64,000 nt of DNA, taken from assembly GCA_964016885.1 (NCBI GenBank), contig OZ024741.1, positions 207,266,001 through 207,330,000 of the forward strand. Direction: 5' to 3'. This stretch comes from Eledone cirrhosa. Taxonomy: Eukaryota. Shown one piece after another: positions 11,486 through 25,250 of this stretch (positions are counted from its first letter, which is position 1; each line of letters opens with the position of its first letter). A program made the translations under genes and the position numbers. Below the pieces are notes generated by a model. The model did no database searches. It had not been told where the DNA came from and saw only the letters and a list, made by a program, of their open reading frames with translations.

Positions 11486-14400
11486 AGTTTTGCGAGGTTT
11501 TTGATATGAAATCGTGTGTCGAAACAAATATTGTCATACTTGGGGAGGGTCATATTGTTGTAATAATATTGCCAGAATTAATAACAGAACAGACTCACTG
11601 TTTGGTTGGTTTTCGCTTCTGTATCTTTTATATCAGTTAATTTAATTTATTCGGTCCTCACTGTTTACCATTGACTGACCAACGGTCAAAAATACAGATA
11701 TAATATAGACACAAACACATATATATAGTCTAACAAAATTCTTTCGTTGCACATCTGCAACATCGTCAGTGGTGCTATCATGTTTCCTCCTGTTGTATTG
11801 TATGTCTACGCCATCTTTATTTAATATTTTTATTTATTTATTTATTTTTGTCTTCTCTGCGCGTGCTTTTGCGTGTGTGTGTAGTGTTTGATGTGTGTTC
11901 GTGTTTGGGTGACTGTGTTTTGGTTATTGGATTCTATCTTAGTTTACTAGTGTGTGTTTATATGTGTTTGTTGTTATTGTGCTTGTGTATGTATTTATAT
12001 ATTTATTTATTTATTTATTTTTCTCTTAGGTCAGTATTGTTTGTTTGGGTGTTGTTATTCTATTCATTTTTTCTGTTTAGCCTTGGCCTTCTAAGTTCTA
12101 TTTTGCTGGCCTCTCTGATTTGCCTATCTGCTGGGTGATTTCTATGTTTAGATATTATTTTAATTTCTATGTTGTCTATGTTACCGTCGTGTTGTTGTCT
12201 GGCGTGTTCGTATAGTACTGAACCGCTTTTTCGTCCTTTTAGTTCCCCTCAGTGTTGATCTATCCTTTCATCTATGCTACGAGCTGTCTCGCCTATGTAT
12301 GTTGTTGTCATGTTTCTGCAAGTACCCTCTGTACATCTTATGCTATAGACTACGTTTTTAGTTTTACAGTTTATCCGGGGGTTTACTTTACATATAATAC
12401 TTTTCCTAATAGTACAGTGGGTTTTCTTAAAAGGGGGTGTTTTGCTGATCAGGGATTTTATGGTGGTTCCTGGCTTTTTTACCACCTCAATATTTAAGTG
12501 AGTCTTTCGCAGTTACTGGTTAGCTAATTTCCCTCCGGGGGTAGCGTTCATCAACATGACACTCTGGTATCTCTGGTGGTCGTACCCTGAGGTGGCTTTC
12601 CCTATCTTATGTCTAGTCTATTCTATGATTTGCTCCTGTATAATGGGCAAATTCCATTCATGTCCAGTCTTATGAGGGTCTTATACTTTCCATGGCTCCT
12701 TCGTATACTCTGATTCTGTCTCTTTGGTTGCAGCCAGAGAACAGTATGCGGTTGATGAAGTGTTGGATGTGTCTTTCCATTTCTGTTGGGTCGCACATGC
12801 GGGCCACGTTCTTCATCACTCGTACCAAGTCTGCGATCAGAATATTAAACTTAGCACTACTGGACATTGCTGAGTTTTTTAGTATCAGGTATTTGGAGGC
12901 CATGGGTTTAGCGTAGTGTGAGTGGAGAATTTGGGCTCTCTCATTTATAGTGTTAATCCAGAGTTCTGTGTCTAATACAGGTAGTCTATTGTTAGGGTGT
13001 TTGAAATGGTAGTCAATAGTTACAGTTATACTCTGGTGTATGGAATTAGCTATCTGCTGGATGCTTTCCATTGTGTTACGTTCTAAATCAAACTTGTTAG
13101 TACTCTCTTGTGGGGATGTCCTTATTACTATATTGATGTCGTCTACGTAACGAGAGTACATGATGAGGTCTATGGAGCTCTCATCAAGGAGATCTTTGAG
13201 TCTCCTTTCCCACCATACCATAAAAATGTTGGCAACGTCACCAGCTATGCTGACGCCAATGGCTGCTCTCTCGTTTTGGGTGTAGATATTCTCGTTGAAT
13301 TTGAATATGTGGCCTTTTAGGGTAGTTTTGATACTAGCCCCTATTGCATGTGCGGCCATTTTTCTTACCTGATCATTGTTTTGGGGGGTCCGTATAGCTT
13401 TGGTCCATCCAATCCACCTTCCCATACGAGTCTTTTTTGCCATTGAGGTTATGGTGGGGGGGGGTCTACCTCTTATGGGTCTACTGGGGCAGAAACGGCT
13501 AAGGTCATGTTTGTCTAGGTAGTCGGTGTCATAGGTAAGTCTAAGTAGGAGGCCCAGTTCGTCCGTGTCGACGTCGCAGAATTCCACCTCACTCTCAATG
13601 ATCATCTCCACACATTTTTCCACAGCAAAATCAATGGATGGGTATAGTGACACCACATCCATACTGCCTATTATGCAGTTGGATAGGTTTTTGTTTTTGC
13701 TGCACTCACTAATTCTGCTGAGGAGGTCCTCTCTACTGTCACATACATCTGGGGACATCTTGATTATGGGCCGTATAACCATTGAGAGGAAGTAGGAGAT
13801 CCTGTAGTTGCTAGCTATATTGGCTCCGCATACAGGTCTTGTTGGTGGTCATGTTGTCGACTGTCTTATGGTCTTTGCGGAGCCCATATAAGAATGGTAT
13901 GCCATTGTTAGATGCCTGGAAGTTGTTGGCAGTGCGTCTGCTTGGCTTTAGGATGTCAGCCCACATCATCATGTTGGCGTTGAGGATTTTCTCTCTCCCC
14001 TCATGTATTTGCGTTGTAATTTCGCTCGTGTTTGTAATGTGGGTTGCATAGCCTTGATGTAGTTCGGCATGCTGTCTATTGACATCCTACCAGACTTATC
14101 CGTGGGTAGACATACTACCTCACCATCCCTTGTGCGCTGCTTGAGGCTAACCAAGCCTTCTACAGGTTTCCTCCCAAGTTGTTGGACCTTTGGTCTGCTT
14201 TGTCTCTTAGTATACCTGTCTACTATTTGTCTAATCTTATTTCTAGCTATGGTGAACTGTGCCTCTGTCTCGTCATCTATTTGTTGTGGTATACAAACCC
14301 TTTTATTAAAGGGTAACCTCGTAGGACAAATATTACCCATGTTATATGTTTTGTCAGCTGGATTGAAGAATAGTTTCTCTAATGGATTGTCATTATATCT

Positions 14401-14811
14401 ATCGTCATAGTTGTGTGTGTTGTTATTATTGTTATTATGGTGGTTGTTGTTCCTATCATTAATATTATTATTATTGTTATGATTGCTAGATGTATTGTTG
14501 TTATGATTGTTAGATGTATTGTTGTTGTTTTCTCTATTGTTATTGTTGTTGTTACTGTTATTTCTACCATTGTGGTTGTTACTTTTATTATGTTTCTTGT
14601 GGTTGTTGTTGTTGTTCTATCTATCGTTAATATTATTACCATTATTATTATTACTATTTCTCACTCTCCTGCTATTGTTATTGTTATGACTATTACTATT
14701 ATAGCTCTTATTTCTATACTCAGGATTATTGTTTATATTACTACTATCGTTATTAATGTTGTTGTTGTCCGTATAGTTGTTGGTCTTTACTTTTGTGTTA
14801 CTATTTTGTGA
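11486..14811 (-). mobile_element. PLE family A, 5'-truncated copy (RT + C-terminal GIY-YIG + pLTR)
   Basis: PTDKSG, GSMDVVSLYPSI, AIGVSIAGDVAN, YSRYVDD, LPVLDTELW, HYAKPMAS, NVVYSIRC..C...YIGETARS. Closely similar to 25251-29477; ends in (TA)n. Confidence 0.92.
11733..11772 (-). ncRNA. HHR-like motif in the family A pLTR
   Basis: CTGACGA-T-GTTGCA-gatg-TGCAAC-GAAAG; stems I and III weak. Confidence 0.5.
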
Positions 14812-15428
<617 letters not shown>

Positions 15429-15448
15429 TTATTTATATATATATATAT

Positions 15449-17655
15449 ACAATATATTAACAAATGGAAACTATATTTATAAAACCATATTTATTTCATT
15501 ATACATATTTCAAGGACACCAAAGCAAATTATGGTGCGCTTTCATCAGATAAAATACAAAATTTGTTTTATAAATAATGACATACCCATGGAGATCACAC
15601 CTTAACGGTCCGAAGATTCGCTGGATAGTGGGGACTTATTAGGGGTAATAGAAAGTTATGTGTGGATATGCAAATGAATTTATGAAAAGTTGAAAAAACA
15701 ACCGTTTATTTAAATTACGCTGGGGGAGGATGAGAAGATAGAGAGAGCGAAAAATTACTGTTATAAGATATATAGAAAAATAGAGGGAAGAGAGATTTTC
15801 TCAGTTTTTTCAAGATTTTCTATATTATTCTTAAGGCCTTTAAGATATTCATGGCCTGCGAAATGGTTTTTCTTGAATTTGATGTTTTGTATAATTGATA
15901 TTATTTCATTCTCAAATTCCATTAATAGTTTGTTGTTAGGTGGATTTTTCTTGGATCTAAAGATCATATCGAGGTTGGATTTATTTGCATTTTCATCTGA
16001 TTTTCTATCGAATAATTTCGACATCACCATGGGGTCATCAGACTTGGCGCAAATAACGGATATTGTGATGATATTTATTAATAATATATTACATAGAAAA
16101 CTACCGGAGATGACCGGTGGTTTATATCGTGATGATATGCTGCTTTTAATTGAAAATAATAGTAATTGCGAAATAAATAGAAAAAGAAAATCAATAATAC
16201 AATTTTTTAATAGCTACAATCTTAAGTTAGAAATAGAGAATAACTACAAACTTGTTAACTTTTTAGACGTAACATTAAACCTTAATACAGGGCTCTACTA
16301 TCCATTCCATAAAATTAATGAGAACTTAAACTATGTAAGCTTCAACCCAATCATCCTAAATCTATTAAGAACACTATAGTAAATTCTGTACAACAACGTA
16401 TTTCTCGAATCTCTGAGAATAAAAACATATTTGACGATAAGGCAGAATATTATAATGAAGCTTTAAGTAGAGCAGGCTATACAAATAAAATTAAATACAT
16501 CGAAAACAATGATAAGACAAATAACCATAATATTAACTATAATTATAATAAGAAACCTAACATAAACTCGAATACTAATAGAAAGAATAGAACTAGAAAC
16601 ATAATTTGGTATGCACCTCCATTTTCACTAAGTATTAAAACACGTTTAGCTAAACTATTTTTTAAAGCTCTAGATAAATGCTTTCCCAAAACCCATAGAT
16701 ACCATTCAATCTTTAACAGACGTACAATAAAACTATCTTACTCTACTACTATGAACTTAGCACAAAATATAAATAGAATCAATAATAGAAATCTAAACCA
16801 AAATAACACTAATACCTCTAGCAATATCCAACTTAATAATACTGTTCCGAATAACATAAACTCTGCTAAATGTAATTGTAGAATTAAACCAAACTGTCCT
16901 TTAAAGAATAAATGCTTACATAAAAATGTCGTCTATAAATGCTCTGTCAAAACTAATGATCATACATTCAACTATATAGGTTCTACTTCTACAGACTTCA
17001 AATTCCGTTTCAATAATCCTGTTTAATAATATTGGTAAAAAATCTTCGACTTCTCTATCAAACTTGATATGGAACATAAAATCTAAGAATATAGACTATT
17101 CTTTAACTTGGGATGTGATCTCAAAAGCACCTGCCTACAATAACACAGCTTTATCTAGATTTTGCAAATTGTGTGTTGAGGAAATTTTCTTCATACTTAA
17201 ATGTAAGAATTCAATTAATATACGTATGAATTTATTCAGTTCTTGTAAACATCGCCTAAATTCAACATTTAAAAATATATATAAAATCTAATTACACTTA
17301 TAATTTTTTCTACATATTGTTCGATATATTCAAATGCCTATAATTTTCACTCATTAAAATTTCTTATATTATATACATATATGATCATAAATCTTTAATT
17401 TTAATTTTTTATATTTTTATATTTTTATATTTTTATATTTTTATATTAAAATTTCTTATATTATATACATATATGATCATAAATTTTTATAAATTTTTAT
17501 AAATTTTTATGAATTTTTAATTTTAACTTTAATTTTGATTTTAATATTTTTACTTATTTTTACTTATTAAATCTTTATCCTTTACTGCTTAATATTTTTA
17601 CATCTTTATTCTTTACTGCTTAAATTTTTCACTTTTTATTTTTACTTCCAAAATA
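15449..17655. mobile_element. PLE of the GLYRDD/IIWYxPPFS type (Nematis-like, inferred) with 5' inversion: minus-strand pLTR + RT N-terminus (15449-16020), plus-strand RT/GIY-YIG (16020-17291)
   Basis: DITMGSSDLAQITD, GGLYRDD, VNFLDVTLNL, RNIIWYAPPFS, CNC...CPL..KC..KNVVYKC, YIGST, CKLCVEE, CKHR. Confidence 0.88.
15492..15556 (-). ncRNA. Type I HHR in pLTR
   Basis: TATTTTAT-CTGATGA-AAGCGCACC..GGTGTCCTT-GAAA-T-ATGT-A-TA^-ATGAAATA. Confidence 0.8.
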
Positions 17656-17915
17656 AATGTTTGGACTTGACTCGCTCTTCCTCACTTTTCGTTGCCTCAC
17701 CATCTTTGTTTGTTTACACTCTCGCTGTTCCCTTTATTTACATGTCCCAACGACTTTCTTTAGCCGTTGCTCGCACCAACCGGAGGTATATGGCATTTAA
17801 AGCGAAGAAATACCGATGATGGTTGGAAGATCACTGATGAAGGACCACTTTATTCATATGTAACCCATTTGCAACTCCGCAGCACGTTTATTCTCATATA
17901 TATATATATATATAT

Positions 17916-18406
17916 ATAAAATATTAAACAAATAATGAATAAACAATTCCTTATATTAAACAAAAAAAGTTCATTATTTAACGATCGTTTCTAGGGTATA
18001 TATGTGTTATAACTGGTATGCATATTCAACAGATCTATGTACAAAATTATACAAAATTATACAAATTATCAAGATTAAATATACATGTGTTATATGTGTT
18101 AGGTATGTATATTTAATCTTGATAATTTGTATAATTTTGTATAATTTTGTACATAGATCTGTTGAATATGCATACCAGTTATAACACATATATACCCTAG
18201 AAACGATCGTTAAATAATGAACTTTTTTTGTTTAATATAAGGAATTGTTTATTCATTATTTGTTTAATATTTTATCTTGACTCTGTATACCGTTTATCTT
18301 TCACCGAAAGTGGATTTTCATTACATCTCTTCTTTCCATGATATCCGGAATACATTGAGTTCTTCATACGGATTGGACACTACCGTAAACTCTTGGTAGA
18401 TTTATC

Positions 18407-18410
<4 letters not shown>
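17916..18410. mobile_element. Fold-back pLTR fragment: apparently perfect inverted arms of about 170 bp (17916-18086 / 18105-18273) plus a one-sided tail, between (TA)n tracts
   Basis: Arms directly visible. Contains the HHR 3' half GAAAC-GATC-GTT^AAATA; the core is lost at the apex. Confidence 0.8.
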
Positions 18411-18505
<95 letters not shown>

Positions 18506-19015
18506 CTGTGTGTGTGTCTGTGTAGGGTGCCCCCACCAAAAATACATATGTATACACACTTCAACAGCATTCTAATAAACATTGCCTGTACAGGTAATCA
18601 AAGTGTGAATACATTCTTTTGGTCACTGCGTGTGTGTGGAGTAAATTTGGCAAGGTAATATATCGATATTATAAAACTAAAAATACTTTACTTAGGGATT
18701 ATGTTGAATTTCTCGAGAGTGGTGGGGTTATTTCTGCTTCCAGTAGTCGACGAATCTGAGAAATATTTATCGTGTTTTATGGATCATTTAAACATCCCTC
18801 TGAATCTGTATGATTTATCGTATTGTCTTCCAGAATCTCATGAGAAGACTTTCGATGATTTCTAAGAAACGAAATTATATATTCAAAAGTTCTAGAGTTA
18901 CAACTGGTTGACAAGTGACTTAAACTAAAAACGTATGTTCAAACTGAAATAATTGCATTCTGGAAAGGTCAGGGTAGTAATTTGAGAAAAAAACAAGGAA
19001 ACCTAAATATTCAAC

Positions 19016-19138
19016 ACGTTTGAGTTCAAATCCCGCCGAGGTTAACTTTGCCTTTCATCCTTACGGGGTCGATAAAATAAAGTACCAGTAATGTACTGGG
19101 TAATTGTTGGCCTTGTGCCTAAAATAGAAACAATTATT
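19016..19138 (+). mobile_element. SINE 3' part (octopus-type, by recall)
   Basis: gagttcaaatcccgccgaggttaactttgcctttcatccttacggggtcgataaaataaagtaccag; same family as 42100-42501. Confidence 0.8.
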
Positions 19139-19332
19139 TTAAAATGGTTTATTCTATAAGTAATAGGCCAGTAATTTGCGGAGTGGGAAATCGATTAATT
19201 TGACATCAGCACTTGAGTGGTGCTTCATTTTAGAAAAGCCTAAAATGATGAAAGGCAAAGTTGACATGGGTGAGATTTCAAATCATTCGGAACAAATCTG
19301 ATGCTGTAACGACACTTGCCATGCACTAACCT

Positions 19333-19333
<1 letters not shown>

Positions 19334-19431
<98 letters not shown>

Positions 19432-19482
19432 CACACACACACGCAGATGCACATACACACTCACACACGCACACACACACAT
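19334..19482. repeat. (CA)n microsatellite
   Basis: Directly visible. Confidence 0.97.
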
Positions 19483-19920
19483 ATATATAGATGTATATAT
19501 ATATATACTAATAAAGTTGACGGCCGTATGTATGTAACACACTTTTCGCCAAACGGCTGAACCAAACGTCACCACATTTGCACCATAGATGTAACTTTTT
19601 CCAAGTAAGAAAGTGAGAGTATTCTTGTCTACTAAATTTTGTTAAAAGATTAAAGATATTATTTAAATATTCACTTCTTTAAAATTTTCAAATGTCAACA
19701 TAGCCGGTTATACGACATTCCTCTCTCTTTCTTAGTCTGTCTTTTTAGATAGATACATAACTATAACATCGCGCCCTTATAATATGTCCCTGTGTGTCTG
19801 ACTGTCTGCATTATGAAAACCATTCTGTACATTGACTTCTCTATCTGTGTGTGTGTATATATGTATATATAGTGTGTGTATATGATCACATGAATGTCTA
19901 TATTTATTCATATTTTGAAG

Positions 19921-20750
<830 letters not shown>

Positions 20751-20819
20751 TATATATATATACATATATACACACACGCAGATAGAGAGGTCAATGTACA
20801 GAATGGTTTTCATAATGCT

Positions 20820-21674
20820 GCTTTACTTGGTACTACATAGGTTCCACGGCTGGGGCGTTAAAAAAGATGGTACGTTCACAGACACTCCATGAAGAACCGT
20901 AGACTGGAAAACTCTATAACGCTCGCCAATAAAATATGGCAGCTTAAAATCACAAACCAGGAATATAGGATTAGCTGGTCAAAATTATCGGGAGCAAGGG
21001 CCTATTACAATGGAATGTCCTACTGCAGACTTTGCAATATGGAGCTATCCCATATTTTAAGGTACGATAAGATGCTGCTTAACAGCAAAATAGAAAGATG
21101 AATATTCCGTAGGCATAAAATAGCTACCAAGTTCACAAATTTCAAACCACCGCGATTCGACCCAGCAATCCCAAAATTAGAACTTAACCACATGGATTCT
21201 AACGTACGGAATACATACCATCACACCGCTATTAGCTGTCAAACATCCGACCGGTCACTAGATCATAAATCTCTTAACATCTCTTTCACCCTCTCTGAAA
21301 CCACATCAACCCCATTAAGACAAGACAATCAGTAAAACATTTACCACACACACTTGTCAAAAAAAAAACCTCACCACCCACCCTTAGCCCTTGGGTCTCA
21401 TACTTGTATCTCCCAATTAATTTCTAATTTATTGCTTTTTCTCTTATCTGTCACTGCCTCAGACTCTCTAAATGTATCTATGTATGTTTCGAATATGACT
21501 TTTCATGTTAGCACTAAATCCACCACAACCACTATCATATTCTGTACTTATATGCTCTCACTTATCCTTATCTCTTTATATTTTTATTATTTTTCCATTT
21601 TCTTACTTTTTTATTGTATCTTTTTTCTTACTTTTTACTTTTTATATCTGTAACTTCTTTACCTATTTATCAAT
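20820..21674 (+). mobile_element. PLE family C 3' fragment (GIY-YIG end + UTR)
   Basis: YYIGST, LANKIWQLK..ISWSKLS.A.AY.NG..CRLC..E..LLNSK; homologous to 34130-34400. Confidence 0.85.
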
Positions 21675-23250
21675 ATGTGATCTCAAAAGCACCTGCCTAC
21701 AGTAACACAGCTTTATCTAGATTTTGCAAATTGTGTGTTGAGGAAATTTTCTTCATACTTAAATGAAAGAATTCAATTAATATACGCATGAATTTATTCA
21801 GTTCTTGTAAACATCGCCTAAATTCAACATTTAAAAATATATATAAAATATAATTACACTTTTAATTTTCCTACATATTGTTCGATATATTCAAATGCCT
21901 ATAATTTTCACTTATTAAAATTTCTTATATTATATACATATATGATCATAAATCTTTAATTTTAATTTTTTATATTTTTATATTTTTATATTTTTATATT
22001 TTTATATTAAAATTTCTTATATTATTTACATATATGATCATAAATTTTTATAAATTTTTATAAATTTTTATAAATTTTTAATTTTAACTTTAATTTTGAT
22101 TTTAATATTTTTACCTATTTTTACTTATTAAATCTTTATCCTTTACTGCTTAATATTTTTACATCTTTATTCTTTACTGCTTAAATTTTTCACTTTTTAT
22201 TTTTACTTCCAAAATATCTCATTTATTTAAAAATTACTTACTTTTTAAAAAATCACTTAGTTCTTAAACATTATTTTACTTAAAATTTTTAAAAATTAAA
22301 AAAAAAATTTTTGAAATATTTGAAATATTTTGAAATATTTTGAAATATTTAAAAAATATTTTTAAAATATTTAAAAATTGTTTTAAAAGTATTTTTTAAG
22401 GGTTTTAAATATTTTTAAATATTTTAAGTATTTTAGAATAACTTTAAACACTTTAAATAGTTTAAGTATTTTTTAAAAGTTTTTTTTGAGTATCTTTTGA
22501 GATTCTTAAAAATTTTTAAAAAGCTTTTTGCAGAGTTTTTTTCCAGAATTTTTCCAGAACTCTTAATATTTTTATATTATATAATTTTTTCTAATATTTT
22601 ATATTTTAAAAATATTTTTAAATATTTTTTAATATTTCTTAATACTTTTTATATTTTTTAATATTTTTTAATATAACCAATAACTAATTCTGGCTAAATA
22701 TATGTTTTAAAATTTATATCTTCGTCAAAATGGTCTCATACTAAATAATAAATCAACAAAATTGGGATTTTCCCTATTTTCCCAATTTTAAAATATTTAA
22801 AATATTAGAAACATAAATATTCATATTAACTCAGTTAATTTAATTACTTACACTAAATATAAATATAAACCAGTATCCCTCATAAATTATTAAAATAATT
22901 ATCTATAACAGAATATACCCATATATCCACTCATATATCCATTCCTCTATCCATATAACTATTCTTCTATCTATATTTTTCTATCTATGTTCTACTTATA
23001 TCTATTCACTCTCAATTTATTTTTCAATATATATTATTATATTTTCAATAAATATTCTTATATATATATATTTTTATATATATTTTTTCTATATATATAT
23101 TTCCTTTTACCTATAAAACTTAATATTATATTGTATTATATTACAACAAAATAATTACTAAATATACGTAACTCTAATTTAAGGTTTATTTACGTTATAT
23201 GAGTTCATCCTCTATTAAATTTCTCTCTTCTCTCTATTTTTCTATATATC
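21675..23250 (+). mobile_element. 3' fragment of the 15449-17655 PLE family with a very AT-rich UTR
   Basis: 21675-22216 is near-identical to 17113-17655. About 23217-23250 matches the reverse complement of about 15765-15797. Confidence 0.8.
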
Positions 23251-24185
23251 TCCACCACTCAAACAGCTATCTTAAAAGCCCATGTGCCTATATGGCGGGA
23301 AAACACACATACTGACACCTTAACCCAAATACCCAACCCTACACAGATTTGGGGACTCAGATTCTCAATGGGACAACGGCACATACAGAGTTCGATATGA
23401 GCTGACTACTTGCTCTTCACATGGATGTGTATATACCAAAACATACACTTTTATAGAGGATACGGATGTGTATATACCAAAGCATACACTATTTACAATT
23501 CAATCGATACACGTATAGCAGAACGTTGAACTGAATATACTTGCGTGTGTATAGGGTTGCGGTTGACCCAATTTCTCCAATTTACATCGTCAAATTGAGA
23601 TTTGACCAATATACCATTTGTTGTTTTGTAAACTAACTTTCGATGAATACTATGTTGGTATATATATATTTTTTCTTTGACCTCGCGTCGGTGTGTGTGA
23701 GTGTGTGTGTACTCACTCACACTAACTGTGACAGACTGTAATTCTATAGATTTGATGTTGAGATTAGACCCACCCATCCAGCGTCTTTTACAGCTATTGA
23801 GAGTTAGAGACTTGATAGTTTTATGACCCTAACTGAGGACGATAGCAGTCGGCGTGTTTTGGCTGCTTAATCTTCATATGGGGGACAAAACTCTAGTGAG
23901 TGAACATCGTTAAATTTTCTACCTCATATCAAGGATTTGAAGACAATTCATTTTCACCTGACGAGATCAGTGATAATCGATCATGGCCACACGATCGATC
24001 TATCTCTTATTGTCGTGATTAAAATGATTGGAAATTTACACCATGCCTTCGGATCTTTATTTTGATACAAATACTCCGTTTTAGCTGTTCCCATAAATGG
24101 AATTGGAGATATAAAAAAGCGTGGAGAACTTAATATTGGTAACAAAGTTTATTGGACCGTATGACACAACCCCAATAATACACCT

Positions 24186-24256
<71 letters not shown>

Positions 24257-24260
<4 letters not shown>

Positions 24261-25250
24261 CAAGAAAGAAGAGTGACATGGTTTGCTATACAATAAGGGC
24301 TTTATTCACATTTGCTGACAATTGTTTCTCTGAACTGGTAGGTATAGAGAAAGCTACCCGCCTGTTTTTTAGTCAATCTATCACCAATACTTTGTTATAA
24401 CCAGTCTATTCATCAGAGCATGCGAGAATGAAGGAAATACACAGGCATGGCTTCTATATTTAGTAGTGGCACTAAATCAGAACAATAATAACAATACTCA
24501 AATAAATTAGCTAGATTGTAAATAGTTAAAATAATCGCAACATCAATCTAAGTAAGAAATAGAGTATACTGATGACTTTAGCATGTAAAACGAGCTGATA
24601 CAAAACAGATGTATGAAATTGACATGTAAAAGCTGTCATGGGTATATTATATATAGTGTAGAGATTACCTGGGTCTTGAAACAATGGACCATTTACTTTA
24701 CTGTAGGTTTGCTGACCGTAAGATTGATTTATTATCTGACAGATAAAATATTTTCATTGTAGTGAGGATGGTATTTTTATGTGGTGTAAAGCGGATTCAT
24801 TATTTAAGTGGTCTATATTAGATGGAGGGATTGTTAGTTCGAATCATGGTGTGTTTAGCTTTCACAGCATCAATAACAAATCATGCATGAATAAGACAAC
24901 AATGACAACAATACAGGCAATAAGGTAATACAGAGGTTAAGAAAGCAAGGTATATATAGAGAGAACATGATGAATACTATTACGGATACATTGGGGTGTT
25001 CAATATAACAACAGGAGGAAGGTGATATTTCAAGAACTGTGGTAGTAGTCAAATAATGTACTTAGAATTAAGTTCATCTGTTAAAAATCAAGAGTGAGGA
25101 GGTGGTGTTGACAGCAGCCGAGAAGAGATATATTTATGGGTTGATAAGATATTTGCAGACATTACTGTGGTATAGAATTAAGGAGGCGAGAAGCTGTTTA
25201 AAGAATATTATAGTTCTGTGGTGGTCTGTGTGAGAGTGCGGATTTCATAT
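24257..25250 (-). mobile_element. pLTR/3' UTR of a family C-related PLE
   Basis: Similar to 33400-34000; abuts (TA)n; carries an HHR. Confidence 0.6.
24313..24420 (-). ncRNA. Type I HHR with a long stem II insert
   Basis: TGCT-CTGATGA-..GACTGGT(~60 nt)ACCAGTT..-GAAA-C-AATT-G-TC^-AGCA. Confidence 0.78.

Noticed and set aside
17825-17880. HHR core CTGATGA at about 17835
   Set aside because: No GAAA or stem III downstream; at best a remnant.
23830-24045. CTGAGGA and CTGACGA followed by hairpins
   Set aside because: Could not close stems I and III.
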